Counted from the first letter of the stretch, positions 1 to 27,614 are shown. The stretch is DNA of 64,000 nucleotides from Gekko japonicus (GCF_001447785.1 NW_015167060.1:765697-829696); one strand, 5' to 3'. A program made the numbers and translations. Notes: generated by a model not told the origin, from the sequence alone.

Positions 1-842
1 ACGGCCTCGCTGCCTTCCGAAGGACCACCACAAATTCTGCGATGGTTTCATTAGCCGCTTGGCTCCTCTTGTAAAAGGCGTGCCTGCAGGCGATCTCTGA
101 AGGCTGCGGTGAGAAGTGAGCCTTCAGTTTCTTCGTGAGGTCAGCGAAGGAGACGGTCTTAATATCGGTCGGGGCCACCAACAACCTTGCAATGTCGAAG
201 GTGCCTTTCCCGCAGGAACTCAGTAGGCAAGCTCACTTCTTTGCCTCTTCTGTGATGTCATGAGTTTCCAAGTGGAACTCGAACCTGGCGAGGTAGGAGT
301 CCCAATCTTCAGACGAGGGTTCGAACGACTCGAACTTCTGGTTTCCAGCCATCGGGGGAGACTTGGGCACCGGAGCTGGTGGCGCCTCCGTTTGATCGAC
401 TGCTGTGCTTTGCTCGCTTTCGTCCTGGTTCGGTATGGGATTGTTTGCAGGGCTGCCTACCTGCTCTAACATCCCATCCTCGTCCCCAATTGTTAGATCG
501 CGCTAACAAAGGACTTGTAGAGTGATTTCAGCAAGTGATTCAGCTTTAATACGAACAAGCACTCAAACGCATTCAGAAACCAGAACAGTAAAACATTGGA
601 GCTGGGCTCCTTTTAAACATACCGGGCTAATATAGCCACTCCTACTATATACATAACAACCAATCAGATTGCAGAGATAAAAGCGAATCAGTGTCCTTCC
701 CACTCAAGGAACAGTTCGTCTGTGATTGGTCGCTGTTTTGAAGCGACCAATAGTTCGTTAGCACTGTCGGAGCCTTGGCTGGCTCGAAGCTCAACATGGG
801 AGGTGGATTAGACGATTCATGTTATGCTGTCAGTACATAACA
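1..842 (-). mobile_element. 5' end of a Gypsy (Mag-like) LTR retrotransposon: LTR 491-842, PBS 471-488, disrupted gag running off the window
   Basis: LTR has TGTTA...TAACA termini. On the minus strand it is followed by TGGGGACGAGGATGGGAT, a tRNA-Ser-type PBS. Gag-like frame EDWDSYLARFEFHL...EAKK*ACLLSSCG, with an in-frame TGA at 233-235 (likely CGA>TGA). Confidence 0.85.
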
Positions 843-863
843 CAAAGGCCTAGCAGGCCCAGG

Positions 864-1155
864 TAGGGTTGCCAAGTCCTCGCTCTATGTACAGCGGGGG
901 ACTCCAGTGCCGGTCCTGGAGTCTGTGCGCACGCGTGCCACAACCACGTCACCCGGAAGTGATTCCTACCACGTTGGGAATGCCGGGGACAGGGCCCCCA
1001 ACAAGTCCACGTCACTCCCGGGTGACGTGCTGACGCCGGGCACGTCACGTGCTTTGGGGGTGGGGTTCCCCCTGGGGCCTGATCCGCCTGCGGCAGGTAA
1101 CGGGCCTCTCGGGCGGGGGTTTCCCCGCCCCCCCGGGGGGGACTTGGCAAGCCTA
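864..1155. mobile_element. Non-autonomous hAT-like element (TAGGGTTGCC family)
   Basis: TIRs TAGGGTTGCCAAGTC / GACTTGGCAAGCCTA; imperfect 8-bp TSD ggcccagg/gaccctgg. Confidence 0.7.
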
Positions 1156-3621
1156 GACCCTGGGAGCCTGACTAGCAGTGGTAGGAGGCCAGGCCTACAA
1201 CTCCCAGAAGTCCTTGAGAAGTTTTGGCGCCAGTTTTAGCCAATCACAGTGGAAGGGGACTTATAATAGAAGAGCTGGTACAGAAGAAGAACTGTTCTTT
1301 CTTCCAAGAGAGCAGAGCCAGAAGGAAGGCTGCTTCTGGGAGAGGCCCTCACCCTGAGAGGAAGGGTGTGTAGACTCAGGCCCAACTGAGACAGAGGACT
1401 AGGGACTGTGAGTCTAGTCACATTAGGGTATTTGGTTTCTTTTCTCTTCACCCACTTATTATAGTTCTTGCACCTTGTTTGTTCCCATATTGGGTTGACC
1501 TCCTGTAAAAATAAACCTTTTATCTGTTGTTCACTCTGCCTGGTCCTCACACATATTATTCGGCCAAATAAGGGAGGTCTGAAGGTCTTGGGAGGGTGCT
1601 CTGAGCCTTCTCAAGGGATCCTAAATCTAGAGTGGTGGCAGTGTCAGGTGACACCCCACCTGAGCCGTGACACTTGTTCTCTATACATTCTTTCCCAAAT
1701 GTGGTTTACTCAATATTTTTTGAAAGAACACAATCCAGCCATGTTAGAATGCTGCCTGGAAGGAATGGTGCGTGTTTTTCTGCCTTGCAAAGGTGCCACC
1801 CACATCTGCACCATTTTTCTGCCATCGGCCATTCTTGGAGCTATTTTCCCAGCATTTTTTTTCCTGCCATGCCATGCCAGTCGCGGGGTAGGCGGGGTAT
1901 AAATACAAAAAAATATTTTTTAAAATAAAATAAAATTTGTTTGTTTAATGCCAATTGCTATAGCAATGTGTTGTTGCTTATCTATTTCTACGGTTGCCAA
2001 GTGACTCACCAAAATAAGCGGGGGAGAGTAGGTCCTGTTCCGGGACATTCTCTCGCACACCATGCATTGCCCAGTGACATGCCCAGCGTGATGACTTCCA
2101 GGCAATGTCATCACGCCGGGCACGTCGGCCCGATCTGGCCACTTCGGGGGTGGGGTTCCCCCTGCTGGCTGGACCCAGACCGGTGGATTGGGGGCTCTTT
2201 TAGCAGGGGAATCCCCGCCCCCAGTGGGGACTTGGTAGCCTTATCTATTACAAATTTTAATGTGAAGAAATTAACAAAAAAAAACCCCAAAACAAATGAA
2301 TGTTGTGTTTTCAGTGCATGTGTGGAAAGGGAGAGTCAGAAAAAAGACCAAGGAAAACATGCAGAAAAACTCCCATGTGCAGAAGCCCCTTTGTCTCTGC
2401 ATTTACAGCAACTCTGAAAGCCCTGCAGGGAATTCTACATATGTAGAAGGCAGCCATGGGCATGTTTTCCAGCTCCGTCAAGAACATAGTGTGGGAAAAG
2501 TGGGGAATTGCTAACCTGTAAATTTAACTTGCGTTTGTAATCCTTGCAGTCAGTGGAGCCATGAATGAATATTGATGACAGTCTCTTGAGCAATTCAGTC
2601 TGCTTCTCCCCCTCAAAGTCTGCTCAGAGGGGAGGGCAAATGCAAGGGCATATGTGCTAAGTGAATTAAGAGGGAGCTGTCTAACAACTTCGGAACAATA
2701 TTTGGTGATTTCTGGTTTGCTGCCGTGCTGGCTAATTCATGCAAATTTGCTGACTCTGCTGGCTTGAGCAGTGCTAATCTTGTATGTGTTTCTCTTGGCA
2801 ATTTCTAACTGCATGCAGCTGCACAGCACTGAAATGAAGAACAATCTTGCAGACAAGTCCAAAAAACTAAATGAGTTGTTTCCTACTTCTACTCATGTGC
2901 CTGCTACTAGCCTATGTTTTTTCCATTTGTGGCATGAAAGAAAATAAGGAGGACCAGTTCCCTGCCTGGTTTTCTAGGGCAATGTCCAGGGGTCATTTGG
3001 GGGGGGACGCGGGGGGACGCCATCCCTCCGGGTGAGGTGCAGGAGGGTGGGGCCTGGAGATCCCTGCTGGTGCCCGCTGGAGGTCGCCGCCGGCTGTGGG
3101 GAGGACACACTTCCGGTGATGTCAGGGGGTGTGGCAAATGCCAATGAGTTATGCTAATAAGTCCCCCTAGCTCTTTTTCTACGAAATGACCCCTGGCAAT
3201 GTCATATCTTTTTGTAGACAACCACACAACTGGCTGTCTACCTGCCTGTGTTGACGTGTCCATAGTACATACTTGATCCAATCTCTCCTTCAGATCCTCT
3301 GGATTATACTTCTGTTAGAGGATTACCTAATTTTTAAGATTTAGGATATTTTATTTTTATATGTTTTATATATAATTTAATATATTTTATAACTAGCTTG
3401 TGTTTATAGTTCAGGTGTGCAGCTACATTTTCAGAGTTACAGAGCACATGGTGCCTTGGGTGTTTGAAGTTGGGACCAATTCATGCTGAGGGAAAGTAAT
3501 TTTACTCCATTCTGTTGAGATCTGAGGAGCCCAATGAACTCTGGCAGTCTGTTCCATGCACACCTGCTTCTCTGCAGTTGGTCCCTTGGAGAACAGTGCT
3601 GTCGGGCACTTTTCTTCCTAT

Positions 3622-3837
3622 TAGGGTTGCCAACCTCCAGATGGTGGCTGGACCTCTCCTGGAATTACAACCGATCTCCAACTGAAAGAAATCAGTTCAC
3701 CTGGAGAAAATTGCTGCTTTGGAAGGTGGACTCAATGGCATACTCCATTGAAGTCTCTCTTTTCTTCAAACCCCGCCCTCCTCAGGCTTCACCCCCAAAG
3801 TCTCCAGGTATTTCCCAACCCAGAGCTGGCCACCCTA
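3622..3837. mobile_element. hAT-like MITE (TAGGGTTGCC family)
   Basis: TIRs TAGGGTTGCCA / TGGCCACCCTA; imperfect TSD cttcctat/tttcctgt; similar to 26453-26671. Confidence 0.75.
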
Positions 3838-4134
3838 TTTCCTGTGCTTGCCATCTTTCTTCTCACGCCCTTCTCCACTGAGTTATAGTTGTGCTCTTTT
3901 TGCAAAGACTAATGAGTAACTTCTGAAATTTCAAATCTTGATCCCTCCCCCGCCCCCCAAAGCCGGGGTCTGAAACCTGTGGCTTGGGTCCTCTGAATTA
4001 ATTCCATGTACTCTAGTCTCTCCCACAGAGCTTAGAACCTTACCTTTTGTTTGAGAACTAGGTCCAAGTCTTGGTCTTAACCAGCATTGTAAGGTCCAGC
4101 AGTGACTTATCCAACCTTGTTGTTTTCTGTTCAG

Positions 4135-18553
<14,419 letters not shown>

Positions 18554-19470
18554 GCATCAGGCTGTGGAGTTGGGGCTTCATCACACACCTTGCGTGCCTA
18601 CAGAAACACCAAAGACTGGCAACCAGCCACTGCCTGGGCCACCTGCAAAGGACTATGGGAATAGCCACGTGTGTCTTATTAGGATGCTCTTACGAGTTCT
18701 CCAAAGAGCTTTTCGTAGTGCAGGATGGAGTAGCAGAAGAGGAAACTCTAGAATTTCATAGCATGTGCTCTTTGTCTTAACATTTGAAGAACATCCGTGA
18801 CCCATTTCGCCTGGAGCTAGAATCCATTGTAGATGGCACTTGGGCAGACGTCTGTAAATGCCATTAATAGCCTTTTGTGTCTCCATCACTCCTTTCTCAG
18901 ATGGAGTGGATTGTAACCCATGTAAGGATTGCCCGGTGCTGGTAGCCTGGCTTCTGGGTTCCTGCACTTAGGAAAGGGGGGGGGGGGGGTAGGGGAATCT
19001 AAGGCTAGCTTTGTCCTACAGGTTTGTTTTCGACACACCTATAGAGGTGCATCGCCAGATGCGGACTGGAGTGTGATACGGGTTTCACAGTGCCTTTTGC
19101 TGGAGCCGAAAGCAGGAACTTGACTCCAGCAGCACCATTACAAAGCGGATGGAAGATAGCCATGAACTTTTTGCCTGCCAGCTTCTGTCATGTAGGAAGG
19201 GCTAAGGTGGGTTGTTTAGAAAAGGGCTGCAATGAACCTTGCATGTACTTTCTCTAATATGCTCTTGCCACACTAGTGTGTGGGGAAATGCTTTTGAGAC
19301 CTCTCTGTGAGACTTTACAGCTCCTTCCTCTGAAACCAGCATGAGCTGGTAACTCTCCTGAATACTTGAATGAAGGCTGTCTGTTACTCCTGCCAATTTG
19401 TCTTCTCTGGGTTCAGAATAACTGTGCCGGCAGCGGCTATATTTGCCTGTAGGATTGCTGTGTTGGGTGC

Positions 19471-20275
19471 TAGAACAAATTTAGAGTCCAGTGGAACCTT
19501 TAAAGACCAACAAAGGTTTATTCAAGCTGTGAGCTTTTGTGTGAAAGGCACACTTTTTCAAATGCATTGGAATGGTAGGTACGGTTCAAACTTATAGACA
19601 GGGACTTAACAGTAAATTAACATGTAACATGATGATGTTTAAGATATGCAAAGTCAGAACTAAATAAGAAGCTAAGGATATAGTAGCAGATAAATGTCTA
19701 AAGGTGTCTTCTAATTGTGGGAAGCAAACCAAGAACGTCCCAGGCGTGGAGATCACTTAACAGCACTTTATGAGGTGGATGCAGTGTCATATCAGCAAAA
19801 CATCCCAATATTCCTTGCATTACATTCAATATTCTAATATACTACTATGAAAAAGAAATACACTAAAATACAGAGGATTTGTAGTCCTTGTTGTGAATAC
19901 ATATGTGAAGACTGAATGAGTTAACCTATGTAATGAGATAAGAAACCAATATCCCTGTTGAGTCCCAGGGAGGGTTTTTTCCTAAGTGTTGTAATAACTT
20001 GTAATTCAGCAATCTCCCTTTCCATTCTGTTCCTTCCTTTGTAATAAAACAGCTACTTTGAGGTCACCCATTGAATGTCCTGGAAGGTTGAAGTGTTCTC
20101 CTACAAGTTTCTCAGTCTTGTGATTCCTGATGTCAGATTTGTGTCCATTTATCCTCTGGCGTAGGGTTTGTCCTGTTTGTCGTATGTAGAGAGCCGAAGG
20201 ACACTGTTGACATTTGATGGCATATACAATGTTAGAAGATGCAAGTGAATGAGCCTCTGATGGCGTGGTTGTGTT
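19471..20275 (-). mobile_element. Penelope-like retroelement 3' fragment (GIY-YIG endonuclease plus terminal repeat)
   Basis: Minus frame SSNIVYAIKCQQCPSALYIRQTGQTLRQRINGHKSDIRNHK...VGEHFNLPGHS. Terminal motif GAGTCCAGTGG...AAAGACCAAC is shared with short palindromic repeats elsewhere. Confidence 0.8.
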
Positions 20276-20581
20276 GGGTGTTGACAGACAGGATCTGCTG
20301 CTGTACTTCCTCTTCCCGCCACAAGAAAATGCAAATACAAACTTTCAAATGTTGACACTGGTGTGTGTAGGTTTTCTTCCTTCCTTTTCTGCTCCCCCCC
20401 CCCATTATGCCTTCTGAGACATGTTTAGTTGCATGTCAGTTAGTACAAGAGTTGTGGGTTGCAATGAACATGCAATCTGATTTACCTCTGTCCAGTCAGT
20501 AGTGCAGGTGCTGACACACAAGCTCTCCAAGTTTAGCAGGCGGTGATGATCGTGCATCCAGCTTCTGTCAACCTCATACAG

Positions 20582-20906
20582 GTTCCTAAACCCACTCCTG
20601 TGCCTTTAGACCTTAGAGACAAGGGCAAAGGAATTGTGAATGACCTGGTAACTGGGGAAGGGGGTACATCCTGAGGTGTCTATGCTTAAACAAGTGGTAC
20701 GTAAACCAACTATCACAGCTCTTTGGTGATACTGCCTGATTCTTAGTTCCTAAACCCACTCCTGTGCCTTTAGAACTTAGAGACAAGGGCAAAAGAATTG
20801 TGAATGACCTGGTAACTGGGGAGAGGGTACATCCTGAGGTGTCCATGCTTAAACAAGTGGTACATAAACCAACTATCACAGCTCATTGGTGATACCCCCT
20901 GATTCT
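20582..20906. repeat. Diverged tandem duplication, two copies of about 164 bp
   Basis: Copies start at 20582 and 20746, with roughly 8 differences. Confidence 0.85.
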
Positions 20907-23733
20907 CATGATGAATCAGCTTGATTCTTATGTTGTTTACCCAAAGTTTAAGCAGTCTTCCTTTCTCCCTCCCCCTACCATCTACCATACCCTTCCACTG
21001 TTCTTATTTCTCAGGGACAGTCCCTACTTTATAGTACCTCCGGAGGTTTCCTAACATGCAGTTCTGTACAAAAATAATCAGTTCTAAAATCAGATTCCTG
21101 TAGTTCTAATGAGAGTTTCATGTAGTTCTGAATTGGTAGTTAAAAAAATAAGTAGGAAGCAAACTCCTTTATTTGACAAACAGCACATTGCAAAACGCAC
21201 CATTTGTGTTTTGTTCTCATGCTTTTATCTCCTTGGCTTCAGTTCTGGCTGGCCTTGTCATCAGGGTATAGTTCTGCTCGCACAGCAGCCAGAAGGGAAA
21301 TGTACTTTACATAAGTAGTCAGGGGCACTTTCCTGTCTGGAAACCCCTGGGTATTGCAGGTATTGATTTAATGACATTGGGTTAGAGTTGGCTGTCCACT
21401 GGAAAGAAGGAAAGAGGTATGCCCAAAATCATCTGTGCATTCTCATGTGCACAAAAGGAAATATATTTGCTGTAGCATTGTGAAGGAGCACATGCTTAGC
21501 ACACCAGCTATGCCACTGCTATGCAATTCTAAATTTCTCTTAGGATGCCTGGTGTAGTACTTCTCCCTATCTTTAATTTTTTTGTGATTTTCAGACATCT
21601 TGTTAGTATGTACTAGCACTGAACGTGAGACCCCAGTGGTGAAAACCAGTGATATCTAAAATACAGGAGAATCTCTGAATGTCTTAGCGTAAACACAGTC
21701 TTAATGTAAACACATGCAAATTCTCATGCATGAATAGCAAGATACTATCTAGTACTCAGCACTTTACACATTGCCATTAATGTTTGTTGTGACAACATAT
21801 TTTGGGACAACTATGTTCTCTTAACCTATCTTTAAGCAAAAGAAAACCCACCATGTTTTGTGTGTAAGTTGTGTGACTAGACTTGGGTATGGTGAAGCCG
21901 GTTCTTGACTCTGCCATCCCCATCCCTCTCCAGATGCAAATTTGAGTTGCAGTTATTCTATAATAAGTACGACCAGATCTACTGAAGGTTAAACATTGAT
22001 TTTTTTTTTTAAGGCAACTGTTCTGGTAAGCTAACATCATTTTCAGCAGCTCGTGCAGAAAGAAGCTATTGCCGAGTAAATGAATATGATAAGGTTTAAT
22101 CCCTCTGATGGCACAATATACTAATCTGTTAATGTATTAAACAAGAAAAATTGTGAAAAGGGGTGTGTGCGTGCGTGATAACACAGGCTTCCCATTTTCT
22201 CTGTAAAAGACAGCTCTGCTTGGCTAAAAAGGGGGTAAACTGTCACGTCACCTCAACAATAATAAACTTGGTATGGGGAAGCGACCTAATTGGAAACAAG
22301 AGCAGGACATTATTTACTTAATTTATATCCCACTTTTCCTCCCCAGTGTAGTGTAAAACAGTTTCCCGTCTACATGTTGTCCTCACAGCATCCATATTAG
22401 GTCAATTAGGAGAGTTAGCACTGGCCAAGGGTCACCCAGCATGGTTCCAAGGCAGAGTGGGGATTTTAACCTGGATCTCCCCAATCCTACCTAGTATAAC
22501 ACTCTAACTACTACCCCATGCTGACATAAGAAATGTGTCTTCTTCATATACTCTTGTTCCTGTAAAGTATTGATTGGAGTACAGACATGATTGTGTGCTG
22601 AGGGGGGGAGACATCCTGCCTCTTTATTCCACTGAGGACATGGGTCCCTTTGTTCCTGTGTCCATCTTACGTGTGAAATGTGATAAATCAATACTATACT
22701 GAGTGAATGCAGCCAACTGGTATGAATAAAAATCAATGACTTCTTAAAGAAGTTTTAGCTATAATTTTTGACTTGCAGACAAAAGCAGTTCCTAAGAGGG
22801 TCATACATCCAGTTTTAAAATATATGATTGTATTACAAATGTAGAATCCAGTGGCACCTTTAAGACCAACAAAGGTTTATTCAAGGTATGAGCTTTCATG
22901 TGCATGCGCACTTTTTCAGACCAACATGGCTGACGACCTGGAATGATTGCATTACAATAAGGCTGTAGGAACATCTTAATTTGCAAATTGCCATACAGTT
23001 CAAAAGTTCAGGGGCTTCCATTATGGCTTGGAAGCTATGGACAGACAGGTCACCACATGTCCACTGATCCATCTGGGTAAACTTTAAGGCGTTTTAGGCC
23101 TGTTTTATGCCTGATAAATGCCCGATCTCTGCAACAGGCATGGATCTAATTCTAAATATAAATCAAGGTACTTACCTTCCATCTCAGAATGCTGGTCTGA
23201 CCAGTAGTTACTGCCAGCCTTTTGAAGCTACTGGAGACGATCTACTTTTGAAGGGTAGGAATTATATGACAACAGAGAAGGCACAGGTGAAAGCAGAAAG
23301 GAGAATTAGAAGAAGCAGCATCTCAGAGTGCTGATTCCAACCAGCACCTGTCTACAAAACCTGCCATGGCTGCAGGTCGTAAAGGATACCCTATCTGGGG
23401 TCATGAGCATTAAGTTATCTAAAAATAAGCAATGTATTGCATATCATATTCTAAAAATAGCAAAAACATGTAGGAAACATACTATGTTCTCTTTACAGTT
23501 CTGTAAAGAGGATTTAAAACTGAATAAGTATTTTTATGGTTATAGCCGAGAATTAGTATATGTGTGTTTTTTTAGGGAATATATATATCATAATGGGTTT
23601 GGATCCCACCACTCTGTTCTATGAAGTGTAGGGCCTTCCTCAGGTACAAAGAGACTTCTGCCTCCTTGTGCTGGAAGAAGGCCTTGTACTTAGCTGAGCA
23701 GGGTGATAGTGTTCTATCCAATTAAAAATATTG

Positions 23734-23882
23734 GGCACTTTCACACATGCAAAATAAGGTCATTTCAATCCACTTCAGCAACTGTTTGTAAGTGGATTTT
23801 GCCATCTCACACAGTAAAATCCAGTTTAAAAGTGCATTGAAAGTGGAATTAAAGTGTGTTATGTTGTGTGTGTGAAAGTGCC
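23734..23882. mobile_element. PIF/Harbinger-like MITE
   Basis: TIRs GGCACTTTCACACA / TGTGTGAAAGTGCC. Confidence 0.6.
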
Positions 23883-25218
23883 AATTGTTTTTTATGATCA
23901 CCTAAAATCGGCCTTTTTTCTGGGTGGTTTAAAGCAGTGAATCAGGTTTCCTTGACTAAAGTCACTCTACCATGTACCTGACTAGATTCCCATGTGGGGA
24001 AGTTTGCTCACTTATGGAATGTGGGCTTTAATCTCAGCAACATGTTTGGTAATCTTCAATTGCCGTTGTGTCATCCCTAGTTATTGACTCAGGCACAGTT
24101 TAAATATGATGCCAGCAATCAAGAAAATGTGCTAGTGTAATCTTGCATGCGCTCACCTGCTATGCATGCAATGTTAGCATGCCCAAGTTCAGCCACCCAG
24201 GTGCATATTGTGCTGCCATGTCAATGTTACACAAAGAATTTTAAACAGAACTCTGTGCCCATCAGTATAAGGTAAGTTCTTGCTCCCCAGCATCATGTAT
24301 AATTTAGGCTTCATTTATTTATGTGTTGCAGTATGAGGTTATTTCTGTTTTTTTTTTAAGTGGGGGGCTTACATATCTATACCTAAATGAAAATTAAAAG
24401 CCAGTAGTACTTCATAAAAACCATCTTTCTATGTGTATGATATTGTTAACTCGGGAAGCCTTCAAGGAAAAATACCATATTACCCTCTTTAAAATGTTAT
24501 GCACGCACAAATTTATTATTGGACAGAACTTTAACATGTCTGTGAAGCCAGTATGACCCACCTCTATTTTTTTTATGGCATACCTGTGGAAAAAACTTTC
24601 TTCAAAGACTACCTTAGCTAGGAAGCTCTGCAGACTGGGGCATACGTTCTCCAACTCAGTTTCATCAGACATGGGTTTATACATGCTCTCTCCATGGATC
24701 TTAAATTGAAACTTATTCAGCAAAAAATTATGTTTAGGATACACTGGACACCACAGCAACTCTTTAGCAAAGGATTGAGTATGTGGGGCGAGAGACTCCC
24801 GTGAGGCAAACCCAGGAGATCTCAAGTCTCTCAAGTCCCCGCCGGGAGATTGGCTTGGCATATGCACAAGGTCTTTCTGATTCTGCATGAGTCTGTTGAG
24901 TTACTAAGAGCACAATGAATTACTGAGAGCACAGTCTTTGCAACATTCGGGCAAGATAACAATGAGCTATGAGAAAGGACATTCTGTGAAAAACACTGTG
25001 ATTTTAGCTTAAAGTCTTTTACCGTTTGTAACATTTTCACTGAACAGGGCAGGGGGGAGAAAATGTGTGAGTTTGCTTTTTTCTCTGAATAAAGCACTTC
25101 TGACAGGCAGTCAGAAAAGCAGTTGGGACAGAGAGAGACAGAAAGCCTGATCAGTAAGTTTCACAAGAAATCTCTGTTGTGGTGTGTCGTTATTGAACCC
25201 TCACAAAGTCTACATGAG

Positions 25219-25950
25219 TAAAGTGTCTAATTTTTGGCATTGTAACTCCTTTAGTTAAACACACACTTTGAGTGTGTCCAGTCATTCAGTTTTTCCGGGA
25301 AGAAGTCATTTCTCATATTAATTTTGTATTAGAATGTATTGTATTAGAATTTTCGAAGATGCTTATGCAGTTTTAAAATATTTGCTCATCTTTTGGAGGA
25401 TAACCAATGGTCCACGAAAATGGACCTTCTGTGCCTTTACTACAGCTAAAAGACTCATATTACACCACTGGAAGGATAAAACCCCACTCCAGTAAATCAA
25501 TGGATCAAGGACCTTAGAATTATATCCATACTAGAAATAATGCCCGTTGCGGAAATAAATACAACGAGATCTAGAAAGAGGCTCTGGGAGATTGCTCTGG
25601 CTTTGGGCAAACAGTGTCAGTTTCCTGTGGCGACCTCATAAAGTGTCTAATTTTTGGCATTGTAACTCCTTTAGTTAAACACACACTTTGAGTGTGTCCA
25701 GTCATTCAGTTTTTCCGGGAAGAAGTCATTTCTCATATTAATTTTGTATTAGAATGTATTGTATTAGAATTTTCGAAGATGCTTATGCAGTTTTAAAATA
25801 TTTGCTCATCTCTTGGAGGATAACCAATGGCCCACGAAAATGGACCTTCTGTGCCTTTACTACAGCTAAAAGACTCATATTACACCACTGGAAGGATAAA
25901 ACCCCACTCCAGTAAATCGATGGATCAAGGACCTTAGAATTATATCCATA
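25219..25950. repeat. Near-identical 312-bp direct repeat (25219-25530 and 25639-25950) with a 108-bp spacer
   Basis: Only 3 substitutions seen between the copies. Confidence 0.92.
25531..25638 (-). mobile_element. Probable Helitron 3' terminus
   Basis: Minus strand: hairpin CTCGTTG-12nt-CAACGGG, then 8 nt, then CTAG|T. The second repeat copy shows an uninterrupted A|T site with no TSD. Confidence 0.6.
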
Positions 25951-26452
25951 TTTGAATGCATGGCATATAGACGGCAATTGTGTATGGACTTATTTTTAGA
26001 TATTTGGAAACCATTTATAGAAACTTATATGTAGATTCGCTGTTTTTATGTAGGTATATCTTCTCTCTCCCCCCCTCCTTAAATCTTAGCTAGTTGCTGG
26101 ATTTTAACCCCCCCCCCCAAATTGGTTTTTTTAAGGAAAGTAAAATTAAAAAAATCAGCCATGGGTTGCTAACACAGATGACAATTAAATCCAGCCATGC
26201 AGGAAATGGGAGGACAGGGTTGCTAGGTCCAGCCTGGCCACTGGTGGGGAGTGAGGGGGTAGAGTTGCCAGATCCAAGTTGGGAATCTCCTGGAGATCTG
26301 GGGAAGGAGTCTGGGGAGGACAGGGACCTCAGTGGGGTACAATGCCATAGATGCCACTCTCCAAAGCGTAATTCCAGGAGATCATTCGGTCCCACCTGGA
26401 GGTTGACAGCCCTCTGCGAGGATGCCTTACTGTTGATCAAAACCTCCCAATT

Positions 26453-26671
26453 TAGGGTTGCCAGCCTCCAGGTGGGGCCTGGGGATCTCCCGCTTTTACA
26501 ACTGATCTCCAGCTGACAGAGATCATCTCCCCTGGAGAAAATGGCTGCTTTGAAAGGTGAACTCTATGGCATTGTACCATGCTCAGGCCCCTCCCCTCCC
26601 CAAACCCCACCCTCTCCTGTATCCACCCCCAAAGTCTCCAGGTATTTTCCAGCCCATACCTGGCAACCCTA
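26453..26671. mobile_element. hAT-like MITE (TAGGGTTGCC family); related inverted copy at about 26215-26413
   Basis: TIRs TAGGGTTGCCAG / CTGGCAACCCTA; perfect TSD TCCCAATT. Confidence 0.85.
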
Positions 26672-26879
26672 TCCCAATTACTTTTGCCCATTAAACTAAA
26701 ACTGGTGCACTTTGTTTTTCTTTCTTAATGCTTTTATTTTTTGTAGGTTCGCCTCATTTTTGAGGAATTGTTTATCTCATTACACAGCAGCGAGGTTGGA
26801 TTTCTGTTTCTCAGCTCCCTACCTTCCTTGTTAGGTGGGGCGAGGTTATCCGTAGCAAGAAATATGCTCAAGATCACGT

Positions 26880-27544
26880 TTATTGGCGCGACAACAGGGG
26901 TGTTTTCTCACCTGTCTACCCCCACTCTTGCCGGGCATCCCCTAAATGGAGTGGAGGTTCTATCGCCTGAAAGAGAAGCAACGATTCCGAGTTCATTAAT
27001 ATGGCACGGAAGCTAGACCTCCAACGTGAACCCTAAATGAAAGCTTGTGTGTCGAATTAGGTCGTTTAAATGACTCGATCCCCAAGAACCCAAATCAATA
27101 CAGTCCTAGCTGGCCCTACCTCCAATTCAAATTTGAAACTTCGGCTTTTCCCGCCTGATTTTGTTTTGCAACTCTACCGACGTCAGGGTGCCTAGTCCCC
27201 TCCTTCGGCCAATCGTAGCGCCGGTTCCCCTCGCCCCGCCCATCGCAGGTTGAGATTCAAAACAGTGCTGCGAAGCATCTCGAGCAGCTGAAGAGGGGCG
27301 GGAGCGACGCGTAAGCTAGTGCCCAAGTTCCGGGGTGTCAAAAGAGGGCTCCCCGCCTTAAGGCTTAATGTGACACCTACAAGCGGACCAGATCTGGGTC
27401 GGCTGCCGCAAGATTGCTTCGAAGGGGCGAGGTCTGAATCATTGAGCGTTCGAAGGGGCGGGCCCGAGCCCGGGTTGGCTGCCACAGGCGGTGGCTCGGT
27501 TACATTGTAGCGAAGTCCGGGCTCGGTCCCGGTCTCTGGTTGTC
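26880..27544 (+). promoter_or_regulatory. MXD3 CpG-rich promoter with CHR, E2F and CCAAT elements
   Basis: TTCAAATTTGAA (double CHR) 27126-27137; TTTTCCCGCC (E2F) 27146-27155; CCAAT at 27122 and 27209; TTCAAA 27256-27261; ATTGGCGCG at 26882. Confidence 0.65.
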
Positions 27545-27614
27545 ATGGAGCTCATCGCTAGCAACATCCAGGTGCTGCTGCAGGCGGCTGAGTTCTTGGA
27601 GCGCAGGGAGAGAG
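27545..27614 (+). CDS. MXD3: MXD3 coding exon 1
   Basis: ATG...[24 protein letters not shown]|gtacc. Confidence 0.93.
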
